Of a stretch of DNA of 64,000 nt, positions 7,023-16,548 are shown piece by piece. Within the stretch, counting starts at the first letter, position 1. Each line of letters starts with the position of its first letter. The notes below the pieces were generated by a model. It was not told where the DNA came from. It did no database searches and worked only from the letters and a program-made list of their open reading frames with translations. The position numbers and the translations under genes are program-made. Source of the stretch: Thermodesulfobacteriota bacterium (lineage in GTDB: Bacteria; Desulfobacterota; Desulfobaccia; Desulfobaccales; 0-14-0-80-60-11); the NCBI GenBank assembly GCA_049322355.1, contig JBMORG010000010.1, positions 435,186 to 499,185 on the forward strand, in the 5' to 3' direction.

Positions 7023-9989
7023 TCACCAACTGGCGTCCGGGAGATTGGCGGCTTTGGCCATTTCTCCAGCCGCGACTAGCACCCTGCCACCTCCCACAGT
7101 CTGACCGTCATAAATGGTTCGCCGGACGCTATTGCCGCTGAAGATGGCGGTTTGGCTGATTACCCCGGCAACGATCGACTGTAGGGTCTCAAAATTATTA
7201 TCCGCAAGGGTCAGATTTTCACTGAGCAGAGGGTTATAGTCACGCGCAATAATGTTGCTCTTAAAAAGCATGGAGCGGTAAATTCCTGATATAACAGTTC
7301 TCTTGTTTTCCAGCAGTTCCCTTAAGCCTTGGGTCATCTGTCCACCAATCGCGAAACCTGAAAAGAGATTGTTCCAGACTTGCACCGTAGTGCCCAGGCC
7401 ACGCAAGCGGAAATTATCTTTCAGTAATCCACCCATTTTCACCATTTCTTCGACGGTGAGCTCCCCTTCGGGAAATCCATAAAAACTGGCGGTGCCAAAT
7501 ACGGTGTTGCACCCCAAAGCAAGGTCGGCAAGGGCATCCCGAAAGACGACGCCTCTGCCAGCAACCACATGGTGCGTCTGGTCGCGGACTTCTCGCAATT
7601 CAGCCAGCACTGCAGCAAACGCTGCAGTAACACCCCCCAGGGCGGACGTAAGATGTGAGTAAGCAACTTTTTCTTCCAGGGTGAGCCCGATCTCCATAGT
7701 TTCTATATTATGGTCTATATGGGAAGCAATGACTTTTCGGTCTTGCGGGGAGAGCTTGGCAAGGTTTTCGGCCACTTCAGCGGCTGCCTCAAAAAACTGG
7801 TCCCTCTGGGGCAAGGTAAAAAGTTTAACCAAGGGGGGGTAAAATTCAAAAACTTTCTGTGGCCTATCAAATCCCACCGACTGGTAAGCTTCCAGGATAT
7901 TCTTTTCGAGCCGGACCCGGTTGCCGCCGCTGATCAGGAGGAGGGGCCGTTCCAACGCCAGGCCGACCTGGTGCAGTTCGCTGATGACCAATTCGGTGCA
8001 ATTATCCACCACCAAAGGGAACTCGTTATCCCACGATCCTTCCAGAGTGAAATTATCCAGGTAAAGCGAGTTCAGATTTCGAAATCTTAACGGGGCCGTC
8101 AGGACTATTTTGGTTCCCGGACCGCAGCCGGTAATGCTCAGGTTAAAATGATCCTGTCCCTCAAGCGGTTGCCAGGCTCCGCCAAAGTCATGCGGACCGG
8201 TCAGAAGGCAGATGCAGATATCATAAATTTTTTGTTCGATAAGCGTTTTGAGGGCCGCTTCGAGGGTGGGGAATATCCCATCATTCCCCACAGTAACCTT
8301 GCACCCGCCGCTGGGACGTTGACACAAGGCGTCCAAAGCGTCCTGCACTGTGGTAATACCCGGTTGCGCCAGGAAGGTGCAGCCAGGCCCTGGCTGGTAG
8401 GATACCTGGCCGGCCTGGATATCGCACAGCAACTGGAGGGCCTGGGCCAGGTTGGTTACGATCTGCCCCTTAAATATGCTGGTGTCGCAAGGTTTGGAGA
8501 AATTGATATCCTGGGCCTGGATGGTGCAGATCTTGTCCAGGGCTTGTTTCACAGTGCCCACGAAATTCTGAAAGAGTCCCTGCTTGCAATCCGCAGTGTA
8601 ATGAATATGCTCAGCCGCCAGCTCACAGAGGCGATCCAGGGCTTTTTTGACATTGTCGTGGGTGGCATCGAAGAGGCCGCTGGCGCAGTCGGTCTTATAC
8701 CCTACATCCTGGGCCTGCAAGTCGGTCAAAGGGGGAAAATTATGCTGGCGGCGGTCGGCGTCGTCCTCATAACGCTGCACCGAGCCGTCCGCGGCCACCC
8801 GGGCCAATTGCAGGTAGTGGTGGGTGATTCCGGCGGGAGAGGCGCCGTTGACTATTTCGCTGCCGGGGCCGTGGATGGCCTCTCGAACCGGCGCCAGCCA
8901 GAAGTCACCGGCCATAAAACTCCTGCCGGTCAGTTCCAGGGTTAACAGCATGGCCTGCAAGTTGATCCTCAGTACAGGGCCCAAGGAGACATAGCCGGGG
9001 GCGGTGTCGGCCACCGCAGTGGAAAGAGCCACCCCTCGGTCCCAACCCTTTTCCAGAGACCATTTGGCACCGGCTCGGGTCAGTTCGCAATAGCCGTCCC
9101 AACGCCGGACGAAGTCTTTGGGGTCGGCATCACCTTCGGGGATTTCATAGACAGTGTTCAAGATGCCGGCCACGGGAGAGAACCCCTGGGTCAGGTGCAC
9201 TCCGGGATGTTTTTCGGTGGTCAGGTTGAAAAATTCATAAAGATAGCTGGAATTGATGAATCCCGGGGGCATTTTCCCCTGGCTCAGGGCGGCGCCTTGT
9301 TCGGCACCGTTTTCACTGGACCATTTTAGAACCAACCGGGTGGGGTTATTGGCCGGGCCTTCCACCCGGTGGACTTCCAGGCGGAAGAGATAGTTGCCCG
9401 CCCGCCCGGCACCGACCCCGAGAAGGTCAGCACAGGGATCACAGGGGTCCCTGGCCTCCAGACTGGTGTGCAACTCCAAAGACAGGAGGGCGTTGCCGTG
9501 AGCAGGAATGCCGGTTTCAGGATTGGTAGCCACAGGGCAGGTCTTGATCTGCACCATGGTCTGCGTGCGGGTGCAGGTGTCCGCGCCGTAGAGGCCGGCA
9601 TCCCGCAGACCTGCATCTTCCAAGCTCGTGACGGTTCGGTCCCAGATATCGGCATAAACCAGGTAAGGCCCGGCAGCCGGAAAGTCAGGACAGCCTGGCA
9701 GGTCCGGTTGGGCACTGGCTGGCATCGGCCCACTGCCGGGCAGTTCCGCCCGCCTTCCCTCCACGTATAGATCTCCGGGTTCGATGGTTCGGTCATTATT
9801 TATTCGGACAGCTCCGAGCCGGGGAGACCCGCTCCCGATCACGTCCTGCAGAGCGGCAGCCAAAGCCCCTCTGAGCAGGTCCACCGACTCATTCCAATCG
9901 GCATCGGTAATCATCCGCCCTTGCTGATGATAAACTCCGGAGCAACGCCTATCGGGGTTATAAGAATCTTTGGATATCTGGGTCTTCAT
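7023..9989 (-). CDS. DUF6519-type N-terminus, tail-fibre/receptor-binding candidate with Cys-repeat region and beta-helix-like C-terminal half
   Basis: 988 aa. N-terminus SKDSYNPDRRCSGVYHQQGRMITDADWNE matches my memory of DUF6519. Four ~30-aa repeats occupy aa 424-557. It sits directly after the baseplate genes. Confidence 0.6.
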   Translation of the reverse strand: MKTQISKDSYNPDRRCSGVYHQQGRMITDADWNESVDLLRGALAAALQDVIGSGSPRLGAVRINNDRTIEPGDLYVEGRRAELPGSGPMPASAQPDLPGCPDFPAAGPYLVYADIWDRTVTSLEDAGLRDAGLYGADTCTRTQTMVQIKTCPVATNPETGIPAHGNALLSLELHTSLEARDPCDPCADLLGVGAGRAGNYLFRLEVHRVEGPANNPTRLVLKWSSENGAEQGAALSQGKMPPGFINSSYLYEFFNLTTEKHPGVHLTQGFSPVAGILNTVYEIPEGDADPKDFVRRWDGYCELTRAGAKWSLEKGWDRGVALSTAVADTAPGYVSLGPVLRINLQAMLLTLELTGRSFMAGDFWLAPVREAIHGPGSEIVNGASPAGITHHYLQLARVAADGSVQRYEDDADRRQHNFPPLTDLQAQDVGYKTDCASGLFDATHDNVKKALDRLCELAAEHIHYTADCKQGLFQNFVGTVKQALDKICTIQAQDINFSKPCDTSIFKGQIVTNLAQALQLLCDIQAGQVSYQPGPGCTFLAQPGITTVQDALDALCQRPSGGCKVTVGNDGIFPTLEAALKTLIEQKIYDICICLLTGPHDFGGAWQPLEGQDHFNLSITGCGPGTKIVLTAPLRFRNLNSLYLDNFTLEGSWDNEFPLVVDNCTELVISELHQVGLALERPLLLISGGNRVRLEKNILEAYQSVGFDRPQKVFEFYPPLVKLFTLPQRDQFFEAAAEVAENLAKLSPQDRKVIASHIDHNIETMEIGLTLEEKVAYSHLTSALGGVTAAFAAVLAELREVRDQTHHVVAGRGVVFRDALADLALGCNTVFGTASFYGFPEGELTVEEMVKMGGLLKDNFRLRGLGTTVQVWNNLFSGFAIGGQMTQGLRELLENKRTVISGIYRSMLFKSNIIARDYNPLLSENLTLADNNFETLQSIVAGVISQTAIFSGNSVRRTIYDGQTVGGGRVLVAAGEMAKAANLPDASW

Positions 9990-10080
9990 GTTTACTCCGC
10001 TGCCTTAATAAGAAATTGTATGAGTTCGAATTTCCAGGTTTCGCAAAAAGAGATCATACACGGGTCTCGCTTTCAGGCCG

Positions 10081-11592
10081 CTAGTGGTCGCACGGTGGAT
10101 AAGGGAGTGCGAGCAAGCGTAGATCGGGAATTATGACGGCCTCAATTCCCAATGGCAGAAAATCTTGCAGCTTTGTCTGCACCGCGGCCAGCAGCAGGCT
10201 ATAACGCCAATCATGGTGGACGCCCATTTCCCCGCCGTCCTCGGCTCCGAAACGGATCTTTTCAGAAGTAGCGGGATGAAGCACGGCGCAGCCCGGCTCC
10301 CCGAAGGAAGCCTGCCGACGTTCAAGGACGCCGTCAACTGCGAATTCAAATTCGTAACCTATCGGGATATCGGTGGTATTTTGGTAGGCCAATAGGTTAG
10401 CCACCGCCAGCCCCGGGGGAATCCGGGAAAAACGCAGACAATGGGGTGCAGTTTGGGTAGCGGGAGTCAGGTTCAAGGAGCCGTAAAAAATGCAGTCACT
10501 GGCCTGGAGGCGGTCAGCCTGAAAAGCTTCCAATACGGAACAGTATTCCAGGCGGGCCAGACCTCCGATCTCGGCCTGACCGAACAAGGTGTTCTGGGCC
10601 ACCAGCACCGGCTCTGCAACCGGCAGGGCAGCCGTGATTTCCAGTCGCCGGACCGCGCATTTCTGCAAGCGGAGGCTGCCGGCCTTGAGGCCCAGTAGAC
10701 CGTCGACAATCTTATTCTCCAGGAGATGTTCCTTATCCTCGGTGAACTCCACATCCCCAAGTATTTCGAATTGGCCTGGGGTGAAAAAACCCAGAGGCGG
10801 AGGGGCATACAGGAGGACACGCTTGGGATGGCTGTGCCCCTGCCGCCAATCAGGAGTTCTCAGGTCCACAGTGCGCCGGGAGATGTCTTCGTAGCTGCCG
10901 GGAAAGCAGGGACCGCCATGGGGATTCACCTGGCGCCACCACAAGCGGGTGCCTGCAAAATTCGTTTGCTTGGCGGCAGGATTCTGAGGGGGGGCGCCAT
11001 CTTGCGGCTCCACTTGCAGAGCCCGGGAGGGATATCTCAAATCCACAGTAACGGCAGGCAGTCCAGGGTGCCGGGCAGCCCAGGCGGGATGTTGACGGTA
11101 ATCAGAATCATCAAAGAGATCGGACTCGCCCAGAGCTCTGGCCGGCAGCAGCGGCAGGCCCAGCCGGGGAGTAGTGGCCACCTGCTTCCAGCCTTCCTGG
11201 ACTTCCACTTCAAACCGGCCTACCCGCTCGGCGATCTGCTCCAAGACCCTCAGGGTGCCCTTCCGCTGCCGCCAGGCAACCGCCTGGGAAACTTCGTCCC
11301 GACGCCCGGCCTCATCCGGAGACACCAGGCGGACATCCACCAGGTCGGCAAAGTAGGGCAGGAGCCATGGCTGGCAGGCTAAATCCTGATCGGCCGGGTT
11401 ATCGGGAAAGGAGTCTGCCAGGCGTTGATTCAAGGTTTGACGGAGGAGAGTCAGGATATGGCCGCAGGCATCCAGGAACCTGGCAAGGTCACCCGTGGAA
11501 TCGGGGCTCACAGTATCCCGGGTGCGGTAAACTTCGGGGAGGAGATCGTAAATCTGCTTACCCAGAGGGGTTTTGATAAATTCGGCGCTCAT
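10081..11592 (-). CDS. Baseplate/tail protein, P2 gpI-like
   Basis: 503 aa. The N-terminal segment IYDLLPEVYRTRD is typical of phage tail protein I-like baseplate wedge proteins. Located within the baseplate block. Confidence 0.55.
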   Translation of the reverse strand: MSAEFIKTPLGKQIYDLLPEVYRTRDTVSPDSTGDLARFLDACGHILTLLRQTLNQRLADSFPDNPADQDLACQPWLLPYFADLVDVRLVSPDEAGRRDEVSQAVAWRQRKGTLRVLEQIAERVGRFEVEVQEGWKQVATTPRLGLPLLPARALGESDLFDDSDYRQHPAWAARHPGLPAVTVDLRYPSRALQVEPQDGAPPQNPAAKQTNFAGTRLWWRQVNPHGGPCFPGSYEDISRRTVDLRTPDWRQGHSHPKRVLLYAPPPLGFFTPGQFEILGDVEFTEDKEHLLENKIVDGLLGLKAGSLRLQKCAVRRLEITAALPVAEPVLVAQNTLFGQAEIGGLARLEYCSVLEAFQADRLQASDCIFYGSLNLTPATQTAPHCLRFSRIPPGLAVANLLAYQNTTDIPIGYEFEFAVDGVLERRQASFGEPGCAVLHPATSEKIRFGAEDGGEMGVHHDWRYSLLLAAVQTKLQDFLPLGIEAVIIPDLRLLALPYPPCDH

Positions 11593-11611
11593 CGTATCAG
11601 CTATCCTCCGC

Positions 11612-14600
11612 TCATTTGGCGGACCTCTCGGTCAGCAACTCCCGCAGCGTCAGGGTGGCCAATTGGGTTTCATCCAAGGCAATTTGCAGGACCCGGAGCC
11701 GGCTTTGCACTTGCTGGAGAAATGGCACCGGCAAACCGGTGCTGAGGGCCAGAACCTTAACCGGAGCACTCAGGAGATCGGCCAGGGACCGGCTCAGCAA
11801 GGGGGTGGCCAGGGATTTGTCCAAATCCAGAGCCAGAAGCAACCCGGCTTTGGTCTGAAATTCCGCCAGCCGAATGGGAGAAAGCCCCTGAGGCGTCCGG
11901 GCCGGGTCGAGCCGGTGAAGATCTGCCAGGGTGCGCACTCCCGCCGCCCGCAACAGCTGGGTATAACGGGCGCCGACCCCCTGGATGATGCTCACCGGAC
12001 GACTGGCGACCAAAGGGAGCGCAGGGGGGGCCGAAGGCTGCCCGGCTTCAGGCGCAGGACTCAGGGCCGCAGGGCTCCCCTGGTAATCGACCAGCAGCTT
12101 ACCCAGGGTAAGAACTTCTCTGTCTGCCGCCCGGACCCGCCGGAGGGCGGCATCGCCATTGATCACAACCTGTGAATGGCTGACCCCGGCGACCCCTTCC
12201 ACCACCTGAAAGACTTCGCTGAGAAAGAGGTCCTGGCCAAGCTTGCGTTTTTTTAAAGAAAAAGCGGCTTCCAGCGCCGTTTTGACTGTGGCGGCCACTT
12301 CCTCAGGATTAAAGGCCTCGGTGTCCACCGCAAGGAGCACCTCCAGGTCAAAAGTCTGCTCCAGGTAGGGCAGCAGATTCACTTCCACTCCTGGGATGGC
12401 CCGGGCCAGAAGAAAGTCGGTTAAAGTCAAAGTCAGAGGCCCCAAGCCACCGCCACCGGCCGGCACCACCACCACGTCTATCTTGACGTTGCGGCCGAGA
12501 CCCGGAGGCCGATAAAAGGCGCGGGCTTGCCAGACACTGCTATGGCTCATGACTAAGTAGCTGAAGTCGCTGAGGGAAACGGCTCGATCCAGAGTCAGCA
12601 AGGTGGCGGGAGCATTAGCCCGCAGGGAATCCAGCCCTTCCTGATCATTTCCCCCGGTGGCCGGGAGCGGCTGCCTGACTCCAGCTACCAGACGGTGGGG
12701 TTTAACCGGCTTGGCCAGGCTGCCAGCAGGCAGATTGCCGGCCAAACCGGTCCCCTGGCGATAGGTAATCCGCACATTGTTGTTTCCGGTGGGGAGGCGC
12801 CGCCCCCTACGGCCATCGCCAAAAGTTAGTTTCAGATGACCTGGTTCAGTCATACGCACCGTGAAGTGGGGGTCGGTGGGACCGCTGTCCTGGAAACTGC
12901 CGGTCTGCTCCCACAAGCTGCCGGCGACGTTCACCTGGATGGCCGCCCTCACCCCGGCGGGCTGGGTGGCATCCGCGATAAATGAGACCTTATCCTCTGC
13001 AAGGATAAAAGCCTGATTTGACTGGGAGGCGCTGCCGCTGCCCAAAACCTTGGCCGTTTTGGTTTCGCCGTGTCCGGCCCGGACCACATTGGCCGTTGCC
13101 AAGGTGTTGTGGTAAGTAAATCCGGCCGGCAGGACCTGGGCCAGCACCAGGGCGTTTGGTTCGATTTTGGCAATTGTGGTGAAAAATGCGGCGGCCTCAT
13201 CCTGACTGTTTTCAATCATCAGCAGTTGGCCTTTTTTCAGTGCCGCAGGCACCTGGGGCAAGGGTAGGCGGTTGCCTTGCAGGGGCAGGGTATTTGCCTG
13301 CCAGCCCTTAAGCCGCTGGATTTCTTTGAAATGGGCATAAATAACCGTTTCTGCCAGAAAAAAATCTGGCCCACCCCGATCTTCCCAGGCATTTTCCGCC
13401 ACCAGAGCGGCCTGCTCTTTGTCCTGATTCAGGGATACCGCTTCCAATCGGGCCCAGGCCATCTGATTGCCGCTGGCCACCACAGCCAGATCGCCAACAC
13501 TGGTCTTTTTGGGGAGGCTGGCGAAAATGGTTGGTGGCAGGTGGCCGTTCACCTTCTCCAAATAAGTGTCCACCTGCCAGTTACCTGGAATGGCCGGGGG
13601 TGCCAGCAGGCTTTGGGGATTTTTGAGCGCAAAATTATGGCCGTGCTCCACCCGGTCATGGATCACGGTGAGCAGGGTGTAACCTTTGTTGACGTTGGTC
13701 CCCTCCACCGGCTGATAGCGGGCCGCGGTAACCGTATAGACCGGCAGGTGCTTTTTTCCCTGATCATCCACAATGTTGTTGGCCACCCGCCGGTTGGCCA
13801 GATACGACCAATCCCCCGCGGTTTTGAAAGTGTAGGTCACTACGCCGCCGGCACTGTGGGGACGTTCCGCCTGTTCGCTGACGGTCAGCGTCACGGGTTG
13901 GGCCACCCTGGCCGCCTGGATCTGCAAGGGACCCACATCAGCATTACAGACCAGGCGCCTGCCCCGGACCTGGACCAGGCGGCGGTAATATTCCTGTACT
14001 CCGTCCGTAATGTATATGATCATGCCCGGAATAAGGGTCTGAGGCGGTTCGGTGAGGTGCAGGACTCGTTTGACTTCAGCTCCCTGGGCCGCGGGTCCTA
14101 TCGGCAACAAGCGTTCTTTGGGTTTAAGATGCACCTTGGTGTAACCTCTCCGAAGCCGATGGGAAATCCGCGGCGACACCCGAATCAGGGTGGCGCCGTC
14201 CTGCGCCTGGGAGCCTTCGATCCGATAGGCGCGCAACGCCCCGGTCTGTTCATCTTCCAGCACCAGGGGCTCGCCGATGGTCAAATCCTTGATTTCCTGG
14301 TTAAGAAGAAGTTCATGGCCTCCCAGAGGGGTCTGATTCCGGTCGTGTGCGGTTGGCCGCAACTGGTTCAGCGCGGAATCGAGTTCCACCATGTCCAGGG
14401 TTTCGAAGATGACGGGTTTACCGCCATCGGGAGGCGAGTATTTCACCTGAAAGCCTGGCTCTAAGACCCCCTGGGCGTCTTTGGCGGCTTCCAGGACCAG
14501 CAGCGTTGTCGCCGAAACCGGCGGCGAGGGGTGGAAATCCAGCATTTCCACCAGGCGCCGGACGTTGTCCCATTGGCTGGCGGTTCTAAGAAACCCTTCA

Positions 14601-14965
14601 TTGGCGTATTTATCCAGGTATTCGCCTAAAACGTGGCAACTGCGAGCCAGGAGACGGGCCAGTTCCCAGGCCCAATCCTGCCTCTTTGCATCATATTGCG
14701 CCCCGAGACGGTCCAGCCGCTGGCGTTCCGTTTCACTGGCCAGCCGCTGCTGTTCGGCCAGGAGGCGCTCATAGGCATCTTCAGGATCGCCCGCATTTTG
14801 GGGAACCAGGGCCTCCCATTGCAACTGGTGCGCGGCAGCATCAGAGAATCTTGCAATAAAGGCTTGACGCAGTTCTTCCAGAAAGGTCACGGCATTGCCG
14901 TCAAGATAACGGAAGCGGCTTAATCCGGCGCGATTCCAACGGGTCAAATCTTTACGGTCATTCAC
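11612..14965 (-). CDS. Large putative baseplate assembly protein (Afp12/gp6-gp7-like) with helix-hairpin-helix C-terminal extension
   Basis: 1117 aa. N-terminus DLTRWNRAGLSRFRYLDGN is typical of the 'putative baseplate assembly protein' family. ATGA overlap with the upstream gpJ-like gene. The last 154 aa are a Pro/Ala linker followed by IQGVGARYTQLLRAAGVRTLADL. Confidence 0.65.
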   Translation of the reverse strand: MNDRKDLTRWNRAGLSRFRYLDGNAVTFLEELRQAFIARFSDAAAHQLQWEALVPQNAGDPEDAYERLLAEQQRLASETERQRLDRLGAQYDAKRQDWAWELARLLARSCHVLGEYLDKYANEGFLRTASQWDNVRRLVEMLDFHPSPPVSATTLLVLEAAKDAQGVLEPGFQVKYSPPDGGKPVIFETLDMVELDSALNQLRPTAHDRNQTPLGGHELLLNQEIKDLTIGEPLVLEDEQTGALRAYRIEGSQAQDGATLIRVSPRISHRLRRGYTKVHLKPKERLLPIGPAAQGAEVKRVLHLTEPPQTLIPGMIIYITDGVQEYYRRLVQVRGRRLVCNADVGPLQIQAARVAQPVTLTVSEQAERPHSAGGVVTYTFKTAGDWSYLANRRVANNIVDDQGKKHLPVYTVTAARYQPVEGTNVNKGYTLLTVIHDRVEHGHNFALKNPQSLLAPPAIPGNWQVDTYLEKVNGHLPPTIFASLPKKTSVGDLAVVASGNQMAWARLEAVSLNQDKEQAALVAENAWEDRGGPDFFLAETVIYAHFKEIQRLKGWQANTLPLQGNRLPLPQVPAALKKGQLLMIENSQDEAAAFFTTIAKIEPNALVLAQVLPAGFTYHNTLATANVVRAGHGETKTAKVLGSGSASQSNQAFILAEDKVSFIADATQPAGVRAAIQVNVAGSLWEQTGSFQDSGPTDPHFTVRMTEPGHLKLTFGDGRRGRRLPTGNNNVRITYRQGTGLAGNLPAGSLAKPVKPHRLVAGVRQPLPATGGNDQEGLDSLRANAPATLLTLDRAVSLSDFSYLVMSHSSVWQARAFYRPPGLGRNVKIDVVVVPAGGGGLGPLTLTLTDFLLARAIPGVEVNLLPYLEQTFDLEVLLAVDTEAFNPEEVAATVKTALEAAFSLKKRKLGQDLFLSEVFQVVEGVAGVSHSQVVINGDAALRRVRAADREVLTLGKLLVDYQGSPAALSPAPEAGQPSAPPALPLVASRPVSIIQGVGARYTQLLRAAGVRTLADLHRLDPARTPQGLSPIRLAEFQTKAGLLLALDLDKSLATPLLSRSLADLLSAPVKVLALSTGLPVPFLQQVQSRLRVLQIALDETQLATLTLRELLTERSAK

Positions 14966-16137
14966 CCTCGCCGCCCTCCGCTCAGCTTGAGGCTGAAAAA
15001 ACCCCGCTCGGGATGAGCCGGATCATTAGCGCAAACCGCGATCTCAAGTCCCTGGAGGAAAATTATCCCGGTGTCCGTTTGGTCGGCAAATTGGTTACCG
15101 AAGCGTTTAAACCGGTTGAGGCAGACGTTTTCCACCCCATCCAGGGACATCAGGGTCTGGAAAATGTCGCTGGCATATAGATCCTCACCGAAATCCAGCC
15201 GCCCGGGTTCAAAAAATCCACCCGGGCCGGTGCCCAGAGCCTGTTGCACGGCGTGGCGCACTTCCGACTGGAAGAAATCTTCCGCCACCCGGATGGAGAT
15301 GGCCATTTTGATCCCTACTGCGACGGCATTGTGCAGAATTACTTCCTGGCCCAGAAGTCGGAATGTATCCAGGTAGCTGAACAAGATAGTGCGCAGCGTG
15401 GGTGGCTCGGGAAGCCAAACTACTTCGGCGAGGTGGTGGCGGTGGTGAAAAGCGGCAACTTCTTGCTTGAGGTTATCGGGAAACAGGAGTCCTGCTTCAT
15501 CCAAGTGGCGATCCTGCCACAGGACCAGGGCCACCTGGATGGTGGTCCAGGAGCCGCTCCATTCCTCCCAGGCCGTAGCCCGCAGCACCAGGGGATGATC
15601 CACCAGCCGCCTGGCATAATCGTCCACGGTGACCATGCGCCGCTGGGTGTGAATAGCCAGGGGGCCTTCCCGCCGGGCCCGTTCCATGTTGGCCGGATTC
15701 CGGCGCCAATCCAGTTCCAGATACTGCTCCTTGGTGCGAGGGTTTGCAATAAGGGGAGGATCGTCCTGGAAACCTGCCTCCGTGGCCGCGTCATAACCGA
15801 TGAAGGCCAGGAGGCGGCGCACCGATTCGGGACGGCGGGCGGTCTCCAGATAGGCTTCTGCGGCCACCCGGTCGGCCATGTCGGAAAGTTGATCCAGGAC
15901 AGCCGCCAGCACTTCGATCAAAACCACTTCCAGGTCGGCCGGGGTCCAACTGGTGCGTTCCGGAAACCGGGCGGCCAGTTCCTCCAGCATGAAGCGCTGG
16001 AAGCTGTCGAAATCCCGGACCAGCCAGTCAAAATCATCTCCCACCGGCGGCAAGGGGCGGGGCAGCTCCACCCGCCGTTCGGCACAATCCGGGCACCGAC
16101 CGCCGAATTCCAGGGTGATTTCGGGATTTTCCGCCAT
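14962..16137 (-). CDS. Baseplate J / gp47-like protein (Afp11-like)
   Basis: 391 aa. Contains the segment FQRFMLEELAARFPERTSWTPADLEVVLIEVLAAVLDQLSDMADRVAAEAYLETA, which is typical of gpJ-like proteins. Confidence 0.65.
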   Translation of the reverse strand: MAENPEITLEFGGRCPDCAERRVELPRPLPPVGDDFDWLVRDFDSFQRFMLEELAARFPERTSWTPADLEVVLIEVLAAVLDQLSDMADRVAAEAYLETARRPESVRRLLAFIGYDAATEAGFQDDPPLIANPRTKEQYLELDWRRNPANMERARREGPLAIHTQRRMVTVDDYARRLVDHPLVLRATAWEEWSGSWTTIQVALVLWQDRHLDEAGLLFPDNLKQEVAAFHHRHHLAEVVWLPEPPTLRTILFSYLDTFRLLGQEVILHNAVAVGIKMAISIRVAEDFFQSEVRHAVQQALGTGPGGFFEPGRLDFGEDLYASDIFQTLMSLDGVENVCLNRFKRFGNQFADQTDTGIIFLQGLEIAVCANDPAHPERGFFSLKLSGGRRG

Positions 16138-16144
16138 AGTCCCT

Positions 16145-16522
16145 CTACTTTACCAGGAACTCCTGCCGTTCCTGATGTCCAATGGTGGCCAAAGAATAGG
16201 AAATTTCCACGAACAGCTTTTCCTCTTCGGCTCGAACATTGATCTCCAGGGACCGGGGATCGACCTCGCCTTTGAGGGCTTCGGCCAAAGAGGCCACCAG
16301 GCGCTTACGGGTCAAATCCCACAGGGCCGAGGCATTGGGTTCAAAGATTAATTTCTTGATTCCCACCCCGAATTCAGGGCGAAACACCCTTTCATAAGGG
16401 TTGGTGAAAAGCACCTGCTCGATCTGCTGGCGGACATGCTCAGCCCGGCTGGCAAGTTTTGCCCCATTCCTTTCGATCCGGAAAGGAAAGGCCAGATATG
16501 GGGGATCAGTTAGTCGCGGCAT
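16145..16522 (-). CDS. GPW/gp25 family baseplate wedge protein (Afp9-like)
   Basis: 125 aa. Contains PFRIERNGAKLA...IEQVLFTNPYERVFRPEFGVGIKKLIFEP, the gp25 lysozyme-like fold signature. Confidence 0.85.
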   Translation of the reverse strand: MPRLTDPPYLAFPFRIERNGAKLASRAEHVRQQIEQVLFTNPYERVFRPEFGVGIKKLIFEPNASALWDLTRKRLVASLAEALKGEVDPRSLEINVRAEEEKLFVEISYSLATIGHQERQEFLVK

Positions 16523-16548
16523 CTTCAGGCACCTTTTAGGGAAATCAC

